Positions 19,321-29,577 of a stretch of 64,000 nucleotides of DNA are shown here, piece after piece; the first letter of the stretch is position 1, and every line of letters begins with the position of its first letter. Source of the DNA: Spirochaetota bacterium (lineage in GTDB: Bacteria > Spirochaetota > Brachyspiria > Brachyspirales > JACRPF01). The stretch is from contig JACRPF010000020.1 in NCBI GenBank assembly GCA_016214035.1, forward strand, positions 68,800-132,799, read 5' to 3'. The notes under the pieces are model-generated. The model made no database searches. It had not been told where the DNA came from and saw only the letters and a list, made by a program, of their open reading frames with translations. Made by a program: the position numbers and the translations under genes.

Positions 19321-19348
19321 TTGCACAATAATTCGTTTGCTGTATATT
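19321..19348 (+). promoter_or_regulatory. Candidate sigma70-type promoter TTGCAC-N16-TATATT
   Basis: -35 at 19321-19326 and -10 at 19343-19348, about 40 nt upstream of ATG 19389. Confidence 0.4.
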
Positions 19349-19388
19349 TTCCGCGTCCGTCAGCGGTGCGTCCGGACAGGGAGTATCC

Positions 19389-21680
19389 ATGAGCAGCGAA
19401 GTCATCAATCACTATTTTTTACAGCCCGAAGCCATCCCCGACGCACTTGAAAAGACCGTCTTTCACGCATATCCCGACGAGCCCATCCGCGTCTACGCAT
19501 TCTGCGATCTGAACGAAAAACTCTCGTTCGCCTCATCGTGGCTGGTCCTTACCGCCGGGCACCTCATCCATGCAAAACCCGATGCGTCAGGCGCCTGGAT
19601 ACTGAGCGCGCATGCGGTGAAAGACATCAACACGTTTGATTATCTCGACGGCATATCGTCAAGCCGCCTCGTCATCGTCGGAAAGAAAAAGGAGCTGATG
19701 CTTGCGGTTCATTTCACGCGCAGGCAGAGCCGCGCGGTGGGCAACTTTCAGTTCGTCGCCGAACAGTCGGTGAAGCGGCTTTCGAAAAAAGTGAAAGAAA
19801 AGGCGCTGGCCGACGATTTCGACCCCGGCGCCGAATACCGCGAGGCGATGCTCAACGCTGTGGAAAACTCAAAAGCGTCGCTCTCGATACCGAAGGCCGG
19901 CGTCATGCTGCGGCTGCTCTCGTATCTCAAACCGCACCGCAAGGCGGTGACACTCGGCTTCATATTCGCGTTTCTGTTAACCGCACTCCAGCTCATACCG
20001 CCCTACCTCACCCGGGTGCTCGTCGACGATATCGTACGACCGCTTGAAAAAGGATCCAATCCGAACGCATGGAAGATGCTCTGGACGGTGATCATCGCGC
20101 TCGCGTCCATATGGGCATCAAGCGAGTTCATTTCGTTCCTGAGACTCCGTATCATGTCTATCACCGGCGAGAAGATCGCCATGAACCTCCGCGATACGCT
20201 CTATGCGCATATGCAGAAACTGAGCCTCGCGTTCTTCACCTCGCGCTCAACCGGTTCGCTCATCACCCGCGTAAGCTCGGATACGGACCGCCTGTGGGAC
20301 TTCATCACCTTCGGTCTCATCGACATCGTCGTGTCGGTGCTGCAGATCATCGGTGTGGCCGTGGCGCTTTTCCTGCAGGACTGGCGTCTTGCCGTACTCG
20401 TTATCATCCCGCTTCCCATTATGACGCTCATGTTCTACTTTCACAGTAAAAAGATTCAGGTGTTCTTCCTCCGCATCTGGCGCAAATGGTCGGCGATGAC
20501 CGCGGTGCTTTCCGACGTCATCCCCGGCGTGCGCGTGGTCAAGGCGTTTGCGCAGGAAAAACGCGAGGTGGACCGCTTCCATAAACGGAGCCTCGCCGTT
20601 GAACAGGAAGCGGAAGTACTTCACAAAGAATGGACGCGCTTCTGGCCGTCGGTGGTGATGCTCATGCATACCTGCTCGCTCATCGTCTGGGTGGTGGGGG
20701 CTCCCCGCGTCATGCAGTACATGCTCACACACGGCAAGGAAGGTATGCCGCTCGGGGTTTTCATCGCGTTCACCGGATACATGTGGATGTTCTGGGCTCC
20801 CGTACAGCATCTGGGCATGATGAGCAGAACCGTCAACCGTGTCACCACATCGGCGTCGCGTATCTTCGAAGTGCTCGACACGGTTCCCACGGTGGTCAGC
20901 AAGCCCGATGCGAAGACGATATCGCGCATCAAGGGACGCGTGGCATTCGACGACGTTTCGTTCACGTACGACGGCGTGCGCAATACGCTCAAAGGCGTCA
21001 CGTTCGATGTACGGCCCGGCGAGATGATAGGCCTCGTGGGGCCGTCGGGCGGCGGGAAGACAACACTCGTGAACCTCATCTGCCGTTTCTATGACGTGAA
21101 GGACGGCTCTGTGCGCGTGGACAACCGCGACGTCCGCGATCTTGAACTTACCGCACTCCGCCGTCAGATAGGCGTGGTGCTCCAGGAACCGTATCTGTTC
21201 CACGGCACCATCGCCGAGAATATCGCCTACGGATCAAAGGGTGTATCACTGAAGGATATACTCGCCGCGGCGAAGGCTGCAAACGCGCACGAGTTCATCT
21301 GCGGATTCGCCGACGGTTACGAGACCATGGTGGGCGAACGCGGGCAGACGCTCTCCGGCGGCGAACGCCAGCGCATATCGATAGCACGCGCGATACTTCA
21401 TAATCCGCGCATTCTCATCCTCGATGAAGCGACGAGTTCGGTGGATACGGAAACGGAGAAGCGCATACAGGAGGCGTTGCACCGGCTCGTGGAAGGACGC
21501 ACCACATTCGCCATCGCGCACCGTTTGTCGACGCTTTCCAGCGCCAACCGGCTGTTCGTCATGGAGGACGGCAAGCTTGCCGAACATGGAACGCATAAAG
21601 AACTTTTGAAAAAGAAAAACGGCATCTATGCCAAGCTTCATAAAACACAGGCGCAGCTGCATGCGGCGATAGCAGTATAA
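19389..21680 (+). CDS. ABC exporter, fused permease/ATPase with a ~170-aa soluble N-terminal domain
   Basis: Walker A GPSGGGKTT, LSGGERQR, ILILDEATS. The N-terminal 170 aa have no TM segments. Confidence 0.9.
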   Translation: MSSEVINHYFLQPEAIPDALEKTVFHAYPDEPIRVYAFCDLNEKLSFASSWLVLTAGHLIHAKPDASGAWILSAHAVKDINTFDYLDGISSSRLVIVGKKKELMLAVHFTRRQSRAVGNFQFVAEQSVKRLSKKVKEKALADDFDPGAEYREAMLNAVENSKASLSIPKAGVMLRLLSYLKPHRKAVTLGFIFAFLLTALQLIPPYLTRVLVDDIVRPLEKGSNPNAWKMLWTVIIALASIWASSEFISFLRLRIMSITGEKIAMNLRDTLYAHMQKLSLAFFTSRSTGSLITRVSSDTDRLWDFITFGLIDIVVSVLQIIGVAVALFLQDWRLAVLVIIPLPIMTLMFYFHSKKIQVFFLRIWRKWSAMTAVLSDVIPGVRVVKAFAQEKREVDRFHKRSLAVEQEAEVLHKEWTRFWPSVVMLMHTCSLIVWVVGAPRVMQYMLTHGKEGMPLGVFIAFTGYMWMFWAPVQHLGMMSRTVNRVTTSASRIFEVLDTVPTVVSKPDAKTISRIKGRVAFDDVSFTYDGVRNTLKGVTFDVRPGEMIGLVGPSGGGKTTLVNLICRFYDVKDGSVRVDNRDVRDLELTALRRQIGVVLQEPYLFHGTIAENIAYGSKGVSLKDILAAAKAANAHEFICGFADGYETMVGERGQTLSGGERQRISIARAILHNPRILILDEATSSVDTETEKRIQEALHRLVEGRTTFAIAHRLSTLSSANRLFVMEDGKLAEHGTHKELLKKKNGIYAKLHKTQAQLHAAIAV

Positions 21681-21689
21681 GGAACAACT

Positions 21690-22154
21690 ATGAAACTGAA
21701 CATACAGCGAAGAGCCGACGGACGGCTCGTATATAAAGTGAAAGGAAAAAAGGATGGCATACCGGTCAAAGTGGTAAGCGCATTCCCGTGGTCGCATCCG
21801 CACAAGTTCATCAGCATTCGCGACGACAAGGGCAAGGAACAGCTCCTTATCGATTCGCTTGACAGCATCAACAAAGCGGAACGCGAGCTTATATCCACGG
21901 ACCTCGCCGAACGAAATTTCATCCCGCGCATTCTGAGCATTCAGTCCATCATCGAAGAGCGCGAACTTTTCCACTGGAACGTCGTCACCGATGCGGGGGC
22001 GCGGAGCTTTCTCACCAATCGCCACGATCACCCGCGCACGCTTGAGACCGACGAGGTGCTCATCAAGGACGTCTCGAACGACCTGTATCTTATTCCCGAG
22101 CTGAAGGCACTCGACAAAAAAAGCCTGAAACTGCTGTGGGTGTACCTGGATTAA
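21690..22154 (+). CDS. DUF1854-like small protein paired with the ABC exporter
   Basis: Lies 9 nt downstream of the ABC gene. FPWSHPHKFISIRDDKGKE..FIPRILSI..W.V.TDAG..F pattern matches my memory of DUF1854. Confidence 0.65.
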   Translation: MKLNIQRRADGRLVYKVKGKKDGIPVKVVSAFPWSHPHKFISIRDDKGKEQLLIDSLDSINKAERELISTDLAERNFIPRILSIQSIIEERELFHWNVVTDAGARSFLTNRHDHPRTLETDEVLIKDVSNDLYLIPELKALDKKSLKLLWVYLD

Positions 22155-22233
22155 GACCGTACGCATCCGCCCGGCCTGCATATTGCAAAAATAATCCGCT
22201 GTGGTACACTCGCGCGATATACGGAGCAAGCAC

Positions 22234-23553
22234 ATGAAAAACAAAAAAGCATTACCGCTTACCATCATCACGCTCGGGCTTGTAAGTTTTTTCACCGACG
22301 CCGCAAGCGAGATGATATATCCGCTCATCCCTATTTTTGTCGCGTCGCTCGGTTCGGGGGCCATTATCCTCGGCGTCATCGAGGGTGTCGCCGAATCAAC
22401 CGCGGCGCTCCTGAAACTCGCCAGCGGCGTCATCTCGGATGCATTACGTAAACGAAAACTCCTCGTGCTCATCGGCTACGGGATATCGTCGCTGATACGT
22501 CCCTTCACCGGCGGTGTGTCGCATGCGTGGCAGATAGTATTCATCCGCATGTTCGACCGCGTGGGCAAGGGCATACGCACCGCGCCGCGTGACGCACTCG
22601 TAGCCGGCGCCGTTGATGCGGACATGCGCGGCAGGGCGTTCGGATTCCACCGCGCCATGGACCATGCCGGTGCCGTGCTCGGCCCCATCATAGCGCTTCT
22701 GGTACTCGCACTCGCCATCATCGTATTTCAGATACACGATGCAGTCACCGCCATGCGCATCACCTTCGCCGCGGCTATTGTCCCCGGCATCATCGCGGTC
22801 CTCACAATAATATTCTTCGTCAAAGAGGATGCGCCGCCCGATGCTTCCGGAAAGAAATTCTCATTGTCGCTCAAAGATGTCAATCGGAATTTCCTCACCT
22901 ATCTTGGCATCATGGTGCTCTTCACGCTCGGCAACTCATCCGACGCATTTCTTCTGTTCCGCGTTGAGGAAGCAATACATAAAAGCGGCGCGCTCAACGG
23001 CATTGTACACGCGATACCCGGACTGAAAACCGTCATCGCCTCGTTCGGTTCCGAGCAGGCGCAGGCGAAAGCGGTGAGCATGCTGTTCCTGCCGCTCATC
23101 TGGTCGTTTTTTCATATCATCAAGGTAGTGTTCGCCACACCGCTCGGGGCGCTCTCCGACCGCATCGGACGTAAAATCGTCATCAATATCGGCTGGGGCA
23201 TCTATGCGGCCGTATATCTCGGCTTCTCCATGCTCGACCGCCTCAACGGTCCGGCGCAGGTTATCGCAACGTTCATATTATTCGCCGTCTATGCGCTCTT
23301 CTACTCGTTCACCGAGGGCGCGGAAAAGGCGTTCGTGGCGGATATCGTCCCGCAGGACAAACGGGGAAGCGCCTTCGGCCTCTTCCATTTCGCCGTCGGT
23401 CTCGGCGCGCTCCCGGCAAGCGTTTTATTCGGTCTGCTCTACAGCATGTTCGGCGGACGCATCGCCTTCGCCTTCGGGGCGCTCCTCGCGTTCTGTGCCA
23501 TGCTGCTGCTCGCATTCCTGGTGGAAGAACCGCGGAAGGAGGCCAGACAATGA
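22234..23553 (+). CDS. MFS transporter
   Basis: 12 predicted hydrophobic helices and an MFS-type DRVGKGIRTAPRDA loop. I prefer ATG 22234 to the GTG at 22201. Confidence 0.85.
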   Translation: MKNKKALPLTIITLGLVSFFTDAASEMIYPLIPIFVASLGSGAIILGVIEGVAESTAALLKLASGVISDALRKRKLLVLIGYGISSLIRPFTGGVSHAWQIVFIRMFDRVGKGIRTAPRDALVAGAVDADMRGRAFGFHRAMDHAGAVLGPIIALLVLALAIIVFQIHDAVTAMRITFAAAIVPGIIAVLTIIFFVKEDAPPDASGKKFSLSLKDVNRNFLTYLGIMVLFTLGNSSDAFLLFRVEEAIHKSGALNGIVHAIPGLKTVIASFGSEQAQAKAVSMLFLPLIWSFFHIIKVVFATPLGALSDRIGRKIVINIGWGIYAAVYLGFSMLDRLNGPAQVIATFILFAVYALFYSFTEGAEKAFVADIVPQDKRGSAFGLFHFAVGLGALPASVLFGLLYSMFGGRIAFAFGALLAFCAMLLLAFLVEEPRKEARQ

Positions 23554-24797
23554 CCGGCGACGCAATCCGTTACTGTATAGCACTTTCACACATCGCGCAT
23601 ATCGGCGACGCGAGACTGCGCTATCTGCTTGCGCGTTACAAAACCGTCGACGCGCTCTTTGCCGCTCCTGAAAAAGAGATCGTGAACCGTTTGAACAACG
23701 CGTTCTCGCGCGGGTCCGTCGGCACATTCGATAAGAACGAGCTGCTCGATCGTGCGGACAAAATCCTGCGTGAATCCGCCGAACGCGGAATAGCCGTCAT
23801 CACCTACGATGACGAACGGTATCCCGCCATGCTCAAGCATATCGACAATCCGCCGTTCATCCTGTTCGCCATGGGAAATACTGACGCCTGGACGCACAAC
23901 GCCGTGGGAATCGTGGGCACACGGTACCCCTCGCATGCGTCGCTCCGGTACGCGTTCACGCTCGGGGCACAGCTTGCGGCACACGGCGTATGGACGATAA
24001 GCGGTATGGCGAAAGGCGTTGATGCAGCCGCACATTGGGGCGCGGTGTCGGCGGGCGGAAGAACCGTCGGCGTACTTGCGAGCGGTCTCGATCAGGTATA
24101 TCCCGCCGAAAACAGAAATCTCTATGAACGCGTAATCGCATCGGGCGGGGCGCTCGTGAGCGAATATCCCACCGGCACGATACCCGAGAAGTTCAATTTC
24201 CCGAAGCGAAACCGCATCATCTCAGGACTTTCATCGGCGGTCGTTATGGTTGAAGCAGCCGCACGGTCAGGCGCGCTCATCACCACACGATATGCGCTTG
24301 AACAGGGCCGCGATGTTTTCATCGCCCCCTATGACGAAACGAATACACGGTATTTCGGCAATCATCGGCTGTATAAAGACGGCGCAACGGCGGCCGCATC
24401 GTATGAAGATATTCTCAATGAATTCGATGACCGGTTCATGTCGGATGAGTTCTATAAAACTGCGAAGCTCAATCATACTCCGGTCAGGATTGAAAAACCG
24501 GAAGGGTATATCCCGGCGCTGTCACGCCCGGAGGAGCCCCGGCTGTTCATCTCACAGCCGACCCTGAAACCGGCTGCCGCAGGATCGAAACACAACCCGC
24601 CGCAGCCCGTGATTCCGGCTGAACCTTTGCCTGAAAAAGATGCGCTTGTATTCGGAACAATAACATCCCGCACGCATATCGACGATATAGCTGTAGCCGC
24701 ACGCCTGCCGGTCCATGAAGTCGCAGCGGCGCTCATGCGCCTTGAGATCCAGGGCGCAATACGGCAGGAGCCTGGAAAACTCTTCTCGCGTATATGA
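23550..24797 (+). CDS. dprA: DNA-processing protein DprA (Smf)
   Basis: GTRYPS..GMAKGVDAAAHWGA..GVLASGLDQVYPAEN..EYP.GT.P....FP.RNRIISGLS. ATGA overlap with the MFS stop. Confidence 0.9.
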   Translation: MTGDAIRYCIALSHIAHIGDARLRYLLARYKTVDALFAAPEKEIVNRLNNAFSRGSVGTFDKNELLDRADKILRESAERGIAVITYDDERYPAMLKHIDNPPFILFAMGNTDAWTHNAVGIVGTRYPSHASLRYAFTLGAQLAAHGVWTISGMAKGVDAAAHWGAVSAGGRTVGVLASGLDQVYPAENRNLYERVIASGGALVSEYPTGTIPEKFNFPKRNRIISGLSSAVVMVEAAARSGALITTRYALEQGRDVFIAPYDETNTRYFGNHRLYKDGATAAASYEDILNEFDDRFMSDEFYKTAKLNHTPVRIEKPEGYIPALSRPEEPRLFISQPTLKPAAAGSKHNPPQPVIPAEPLPEKDALVFGTITSRTHIDDIAVAARLPVHEVAAALMRLEIQGAIRQEPGKLFSRI

Positions 24798-24804
24798 AAA
24801 AGAT

Positions 24805-25074
24805 TTACGGTACGACGGGCGGATCGTCCTCACCGAACGCGTCGATGATGGAATGCTGCAGCGTCTGACGGAAATCGGTGGTCAGCGGATGCACCACATC
24901 CTTGTACTCGCCCGTACCGACACGGCGGTTGGGCATGGCTACGAAAATGCCTTTGTTGCCCTGGATGACCTTGACATTATGGATTACGAATACGTCGTCG
25001 AATGTGACGGACGCATAGGCGCGAAGTTTCCCCTCTCCGGAGACCTTCTTGATGCGCACCTCTGTGATCTTCAT
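24805..25074 (-). CDS. spoVG: SpoVG-family protein
   Basis: MKITEVRIKKVSGEGKLRAYASVTFDDVFVIHNVKVIQGNKGIFVAMP. Start set at ATG 25074 to match the usual SpoVG N-terminus and avoid overlapping ispE. Confidence 0.9.
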   Translation of the reverse strand: MKITEVRIKKVSGEGKLRAYASVTFDDVFVIHNVKVIQGNKGIFVAMPNRRVGTGEYKDVVHPLTTDFRQTLQHSIIDAFGEDDPPVVP

Positions 25075-25100
25075 AAACGCCTCCACGCAAGCAGACTTTA

Positions 25101-25949
25101 TCACACGAACTTTGCGGGGAAGACATGACTATCCTTCATGTTCTCCGCAAGCGCATGATAAACAAGTGAGGCCTTCATGCCGTCTTCAAAAATGATGAAA
25201 AACGCGGACCCTGAACCGCTCATATGTGCGGTCATTCCTGCGTGCCGTTCAATATCCTTTTTTACGGCAGCAAGCGCTTCCATATTCCTGAAAAGAGCAC
25301 CTTCAAATATATTATAACATAAACCGGCTACTTTGTCCACTCTTTTCGAGTCTATCGCCGCGCGCATAGCCGCAGCATCCCCCCTGCCATAATCATCAGG
25401 CCGTATCGCCGCATATGCATCTTTCGTGGACACGTGAATATTCGGGTAAATCACGATAATATCCGCGTTCATCCTTGGTTTCGGCAGCAATACATCGCCT
25501 ATTCCTTCAGCCCATGCAAACCCGCCGTCGATGAAAAACGGCACGTCGGCACCGTAGATAACGCCGATATCACGCATTGCATCCGCGGAGAGCCCGAAAC
25601 CGCCGATCTCGTTCAGCGCTTTGATGCAGTATGCGGCATCAGCAGATCCGCCGCCAAGTCCCGCTCCGACAGGTATGTGCTTCTCAAGCGTTATGGCGAC
25701 ATTGCGGTTGAATCCGAATTCCTTCTCAAAATGGCGATATATCTTCATTACGGTGTTCTTTTCGGGGTCACCGGATAAGCCCGCGTACGGTCCGGTAACG
25801 GTTAGTGTTGTTGTATCCGCTTCGGCGATCGTCAGAATATCATATATTCCCACGGTATGAAACGCCGTTGCCAGCAGATGATAGCCGTCTGCCCGCCTGC
25901 CGGTGACATCGAGGAAGAGATTGATCTTGCAGGGAACGTTAATCCGCAT
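25101..25949 (-). CDS. ispE: 4-diphosphocytidyl-2-C-methyl-D-erythritol kinase
   Basis: MRINVPCKINLFLDVTGRRADGYHLL and GHMP kinase loop PVGAGLGGGSADAA. The start could also be 25982. Confidence 0.9.
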   Translation of the reverse strand: MRINVPCKINLFLDVTGRRADGYHLLATAFHTVGIYDILTIAEADTTTLTVTGPYAGLSGDPEKNTVMKIYRHFEKEFGFNRNVAITLEKHIPVGAGLGGGSADAAYCIKALNEIGGFGLSADAMRDIGVIYGADVPFFIDGGFAWAEGIGDVLLPKPRMNADIIVIYPNIHVSTKDAYAAIRPDDYGRGDAAAMRAAIDSKRVDKVAGLCYNIFEGALFRNMEALAAVKKDIERHAGMTAHMSGSGSAFFIIFEDGMKASLVYHALAENMKDSHVFPAKFV

Positions 25950-27960
25950 TGTCTTTTGCAAGCGGGAAAACGGATACGCCATTACGCATGCGTATATAAC
26001 GGTAGTCGAACATGCGCTTGGTGTTATCGGTATCGCTCCACGTTACGAGGAGCGGCACCATCGCGAACCGGCGGCTTTCGGTGCCGTCATATATCGATGC
26101 GGTGAACGTAAGCGTGACACTCTGCCCCGGTATGAGTACAGGCACCTTCTGCGCGGTACCGTTCATGCGGAGCGTCGGCGTGTTCACAAGCTTCACCGTG
26201 AAGGGTCCCGCCTCGCCGGTAGTCTGGTTCATGATTTCGGCGACGACGACAATTTTGTTATAGGTCGACTTTGCCTGGTTAAAGGATATCTTTGTCGCCA
26301 CGGGCACGAGCTTATACGCGCCTTTCAGGTCGCTGAACGCCTTGCCGCCGGCAACGAACCATTCCATGGCGGGGAATTCACCCTTGCGTCCGAAATTCGC
26401 GCGCCACAGATCGTGGAAAAACACCCCGCGCGGGTGCCCCTCGGTAAGCATGCTGTTCACCGCATAGGACATGCGTCTCGTATATTCCTCAACGGAATTA
26501 AGTTCACCGGACAGGAGCAGCGGCGTGTCTACCGAATTGCCGAAGACCAGATTGAGGTCGTTGCCGCGGACGTAGGAACTCCATTGCCGCCCGAGATGAT
26601 TGTATTCCTGCGCCTCGGGTATTTCGTATAACATGATGAAATTATAATCCGCGCCGCTGTCGAGAAACATGAGCGGATCCTGCCCGTGCTCGATGCCGTG
26701 CGCCCAGCCGAGATTGAACACCCAGAGATTCTTTTCGGCAATACGCGCCTCACGGCGTATGCGCTCCACAATCTGCGCCTCTTTGCGACACTTGTAGTAC
26801 CGCCAGGCGTCTTTCATCTCGCCGCGCCGCTGCTGCGAGAGCCAGAGCATGCGCTGATTCGTGTGCCAGGTACTGAATCCCGCGGGGACAGCGATATTCA
26901 TCTGACGTACAAAATCATCGACGAGTTCGAGCCCGCCGGTGGGCAGCGCGCGGATGTAATCAAGCCCGATGAAATCGATATTGGGATTTCTGTTGAACGC
27001 CGCGGCAAGCGAGATGACATCGTTGATGCGTTTTTCATCGATGAGCGAACAGTGCCAGTCCGCGGTGAATTCACCCGCTTCGGACTCATATTTCAATGAC
27101 GGCCGGTATCCGAGCCGCGCAAAATCCTTTCCCCGTGAACGCGCGCGGTCGAGCCAGTTGGGCGTTTCACTGCCGGGGAACTGGATGAAGAACGAATGTA
27201 TCCACGCACCCATCTGCATATGCTGCTGTTTCACTTCCTCGGCAAGCATCGTGAGCGAATCTATCTTTTCTTTGCTCCACACATTGTCCGCGGTCACCGA
27301 TCCCGATGTCCCGGTGGTCTCTCCGCCGTTGACGACGAACACATCCGCCCCCATGAACGACGCCGCTTTCACGAGATTACGCCAGTCGCCCTCGGTCATG
27401 TCCGGCGCGCGGTAATTGCTCCGCGAGGTAAGCTGGCCGAGCGCTTCCAGCGTGGCGAATGCCAGCGGCTTATCGATATCGCGGGGCACGGCACCATCAA
27501 GCATGAACGTCGTCTGCATGAATTTCTCGACACCATTTTCAGCGAAGGTGAGAACCGCTTCATACTCGCCGAGCTTCGGCGCGAGCGGCGGAAACCAGAC
27601 TCCTTCAAAGACCGTTGTTCCTTTCTGCGCATGCAGCGGTAAAGCGCGTCTATCACCGTCCATGGTACGCGTGAAAAGCCGTTTATTGAAGAATATCTTC
27701 ACTTCAGGGCGTTCCACCGCATTCGGCATGGTGAATGAAAACCGCACGGCGTCATAGCGGCGATATTTCCGTTTATCACTGACGAAACGTATGCCCGCAT
27801 GCGCCGAAGGCGGCGTATTGGTAAGCACCATGCCTTTTGCGCGGGATGCCTCGTATCTTTTATAGGTGGCGTCGAAGGTGAGATTGAGCGCCACGACGAT
27901 AAAAACAGACAGCGCCGCAATGAAAACTGCGATTATGGCAAAGATGAATATTCTTCTCAT
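25939..27960 (-). CDS. Membrane-anchored protein with a putative glycoside-hydrolase-like TIM barrel (DUF4015-like)
   Basis: N-terminal TM (IFIFAIIAVFIAALSVFIVVAL). The DFIGLDYIR segment recalls uncharacterised GH-like families. Function is uncertain. Confidence 0.55.
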   Translation of the reverse strand: MRRIFIFAIIAVFIAALSVFIVVALNLTFDATYKRYEASRAKGMVLTNTPPSAHAGIRFVSDKRKYRRYDAVRFSFTMPNAVERPEVKIFFNKRLFTRTMDGDRRALPLHAQKGTTVFEGVWFPPLAPKLGEYEAVLTFAENGVEKFMQTTFMLDGAVPRDIDKPLAFATLEALGQLTSRSNYRAPDMTEGDWRNLVKAASFMGADVFVVNGGETTGTSGSVTADNVWSKEKIDSLTMLAEEVKQQHMQMGAWIHSFFIQFPGSETPNWLDRARSRGKDFARLGYRPSLKYESEAGEFTADWHCSLIDEKRINDVISLAAAFNRNPNIDFIGLDYIRALPTGGLELVDDFVRQMNIAVPAGFSTWHTNQRMLWLSQQRRGEMKDAWRYYKCRKEAQIVERIRREARIAEKNLWVFNLGWAHGIEHGQDPLMFLDSGADYNFIMLYEIPEAQEYNHLGRQWSSYVRGNDLNLVFGNSVDTPLLLSGELNSVEEYTRRMSYAVNSMLTEGHPRGVFFHDLWRANFGRKGEFPAMEWFVAGGKAFSDLKGAYKLVPVATKISFNQAKSTYNKIVVVAEIMNQTTGEAGPFTVKLVNTPTLRMNGTAQKVPVLIPGQSVTLTFTASIYDGTESRRFAMVPLLVTWSDTDNTKRMFDYRYIRMRNGVSVFPLAKDNAD

Positions 27961-28045
27961 GGCTCATGTACGACAGGACGATTAACTATACCGGGATGAT
28001 ATCGTATATGCGGTAAAAAGCAAGCATTGCACGGGACGTACGATA

Positions 28046-28402
28046 TTACAGCGGTACTCCGCCGGCCGAGCGCATGATAAACTGCCTGAGAACGGCAAAA
28101 AGCCATGACAGTATCTGGGGCAGGATATTGGCGACGATAAAGAGGAAAATGAACGGCGACAAATCGATGAAGCCGATGATAAGCTTGTCACGGATATTGC
28201 CGAACACCTTGTCGATGACGCCGTCGGTGGCGGCACGCACTACGCGTATGACGGGATGATACGGATCGGGATGTACGACACCGAAGGCCTCAAGCCAGCT
28301 CATGATGATCCACCCGAGCCAGAGAAACGAATACAGATACAGGCCGCCGATGACGATGGTCTGCGCTATGTTGACGATGGTAATAAGAACGTTTACCGGC
28401 AT
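28046..28402 (-). CDS. YggT-family membrane protein
   Basis: Small four-helix membrane protein with a YggT-like HPVIRVVRAATDGVIDKV segment. Confidence 0.75.
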   Translation of the reverse strand: MPVNVLITIVNIAQTIVIGGLYLYSFLWLGWIIMSWLEAFGVVHPDPYHPVIRVVRAATDGVIDKVFGNIRDKLIIGFIDLSPFIFLFIVANILPQILSWLFAVLRQFIMRSAGGVPL

Positions 28403-28410
28403 GCCGTATC

Positions 28411-28749
28411 CTACGAACGGATCGCTTTCAGCGAATCACTGCAGGTTGCGTCGAGCGGAACGATATTGGTGAACTGCATGGTCTCGAATACGAGTTTGAG
28501 CTGGTTGCCGACATTGCAGAAACGCACCTTTCCATTGCTTTCGGCAAGCGCTTTTTTCAACAGCTGCGCGATGACACCGAGCGCATAGGAGCAGACATAT
28601 TCAACCTTGCCGAAGTCAAAGACGAACTGACGGGTGCCGTCCTCGAATGCGTCGGTTATCTTAGATTCGAAACTGTCAACTTCATCAATAAGCAGATTGC
28701 CTTCCATGGTGACGACAGCAACGCCGTTGGTGATCGATACGGTGACCAT
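28411..28749 (-). CDS. STAS-domain anti-sigma-factor antagonist (SpoIIAA/RsbV-like)
   Basis: 112 aa with a typical STAS layout (LIDEVDSFESKI..FVFDFGKVEYVCSYALGVIAQL). Confidence 0.85.
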   Translation of the reverse strand: MVTVSITNGVAVVTMEGNLLIDEVDSFESKITDAFEDGTRQFVFDFGKVEYVCSYALGVIAQLLKKALAESNGKVRFCNVGNQLKLVFETMQFTNIVPLDATCSDSLKAIRS

Positions 28750-28776
28750 ACGAGCTCCTCGTGGAGAAACTATATC

Positions 28777-29574
28777 TTATCTTCTGTTTTTTATCAATAC
28801 GATGACGGTGCCGCCGCACCGGTAACTGAAGCGGTCGGTATGCATATGAATGAGCGCGATGCCCCGTCCCGAGCCGCGGTAGACATCGTTCGTCCTCGCG
28901 GGCACTCCGGCAATCGCGTTCTTATAGTCGAATCCCGGACCGTCATCGCCGATGGATATCGCCGCCCGTCTGCTGTCAATGCGTATTTTGAGCGTGATGT
29001 TCTTTTTCGGGTCTTTCGCGTTGCCGTGAAGATGCGCGTTCATCATGGCTTCCTCGCAGGCAACCGCCATGTCATTGGTGTCGCGTCCGAATCCGTGTGT
29101 CACGAGAATCTGCCTGATATACGTCGACGCGATGCCGACGCTTTTCACCGTTGACGGAAGCACTATCGTAAGCGCGGCGGTCAGGTACGGAAATATCTCT
29201 TTCGCCTGCTCCCGCCGGAGATAATATTCGCGCGCATCGGCGACGACCTTCTTCACCTCGGCGGCATCATAGGGTTTAACGATGATATCGTAGACGTTCT
29301 GCTTTATCGGGAAAAGCGTCTCTTCCACGCGCGTCACGTCGCAGGTGAGTATGATGGGCACGAGCGCCGCCGCCTCAAGCTTTTCCTTCCAGAAATCGGT
29401 GAGGTCGGCTATCTTATTCACATCGGCGATGATGACCGAAAAGCGGTTCTGCTCGATCTCATGTATGGATTCGGCGACATCGGTCTTCTCAACGACAACA
29501 TAGCCCTCATGCTTCAGGAGCGTTTTAAGCACGCCGCTGTGCGCATCGTCTTCGATGATAAGAACGTCTTTCAT
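28777..29574 (-). CDS. Receiver domain fused to an RsbW/SpoIIAB-like serine kinase (HATPase_c) domain
   Basis: N-terminal REC (VLIIEDDAH..VIIADVNK). C-terminal ACEEAMMNAHLHGN..ISIGDDGPGFD..GSGRGIALI. Confidence 0.8.
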   Translation of the reverse strand: MKDVLIIEDDAHSGVLKTLLKHEGYVVVEKTDVAESIHEIEQNRFSVIIADVNKIADLTDFWKEKLEAAALVPIILTCDVTRVEETLFPIKQNVYDIIVKPYDAAEVKKVVADAREYYLRREQAKEIFPYLTAALTIVLPSTVKSVGIASTYIRQILVTHGFGRDTNDMAVACEEAMMNAHLHGNAKDPKKNITLKIRIDSRRAAISIGDDGPGFDYKNAIAGVPARTNDVYRGSGRGIALIHMHTDRFSYRCGGTVIVLIKNRR

Positions 29575-29577
29575 GTA

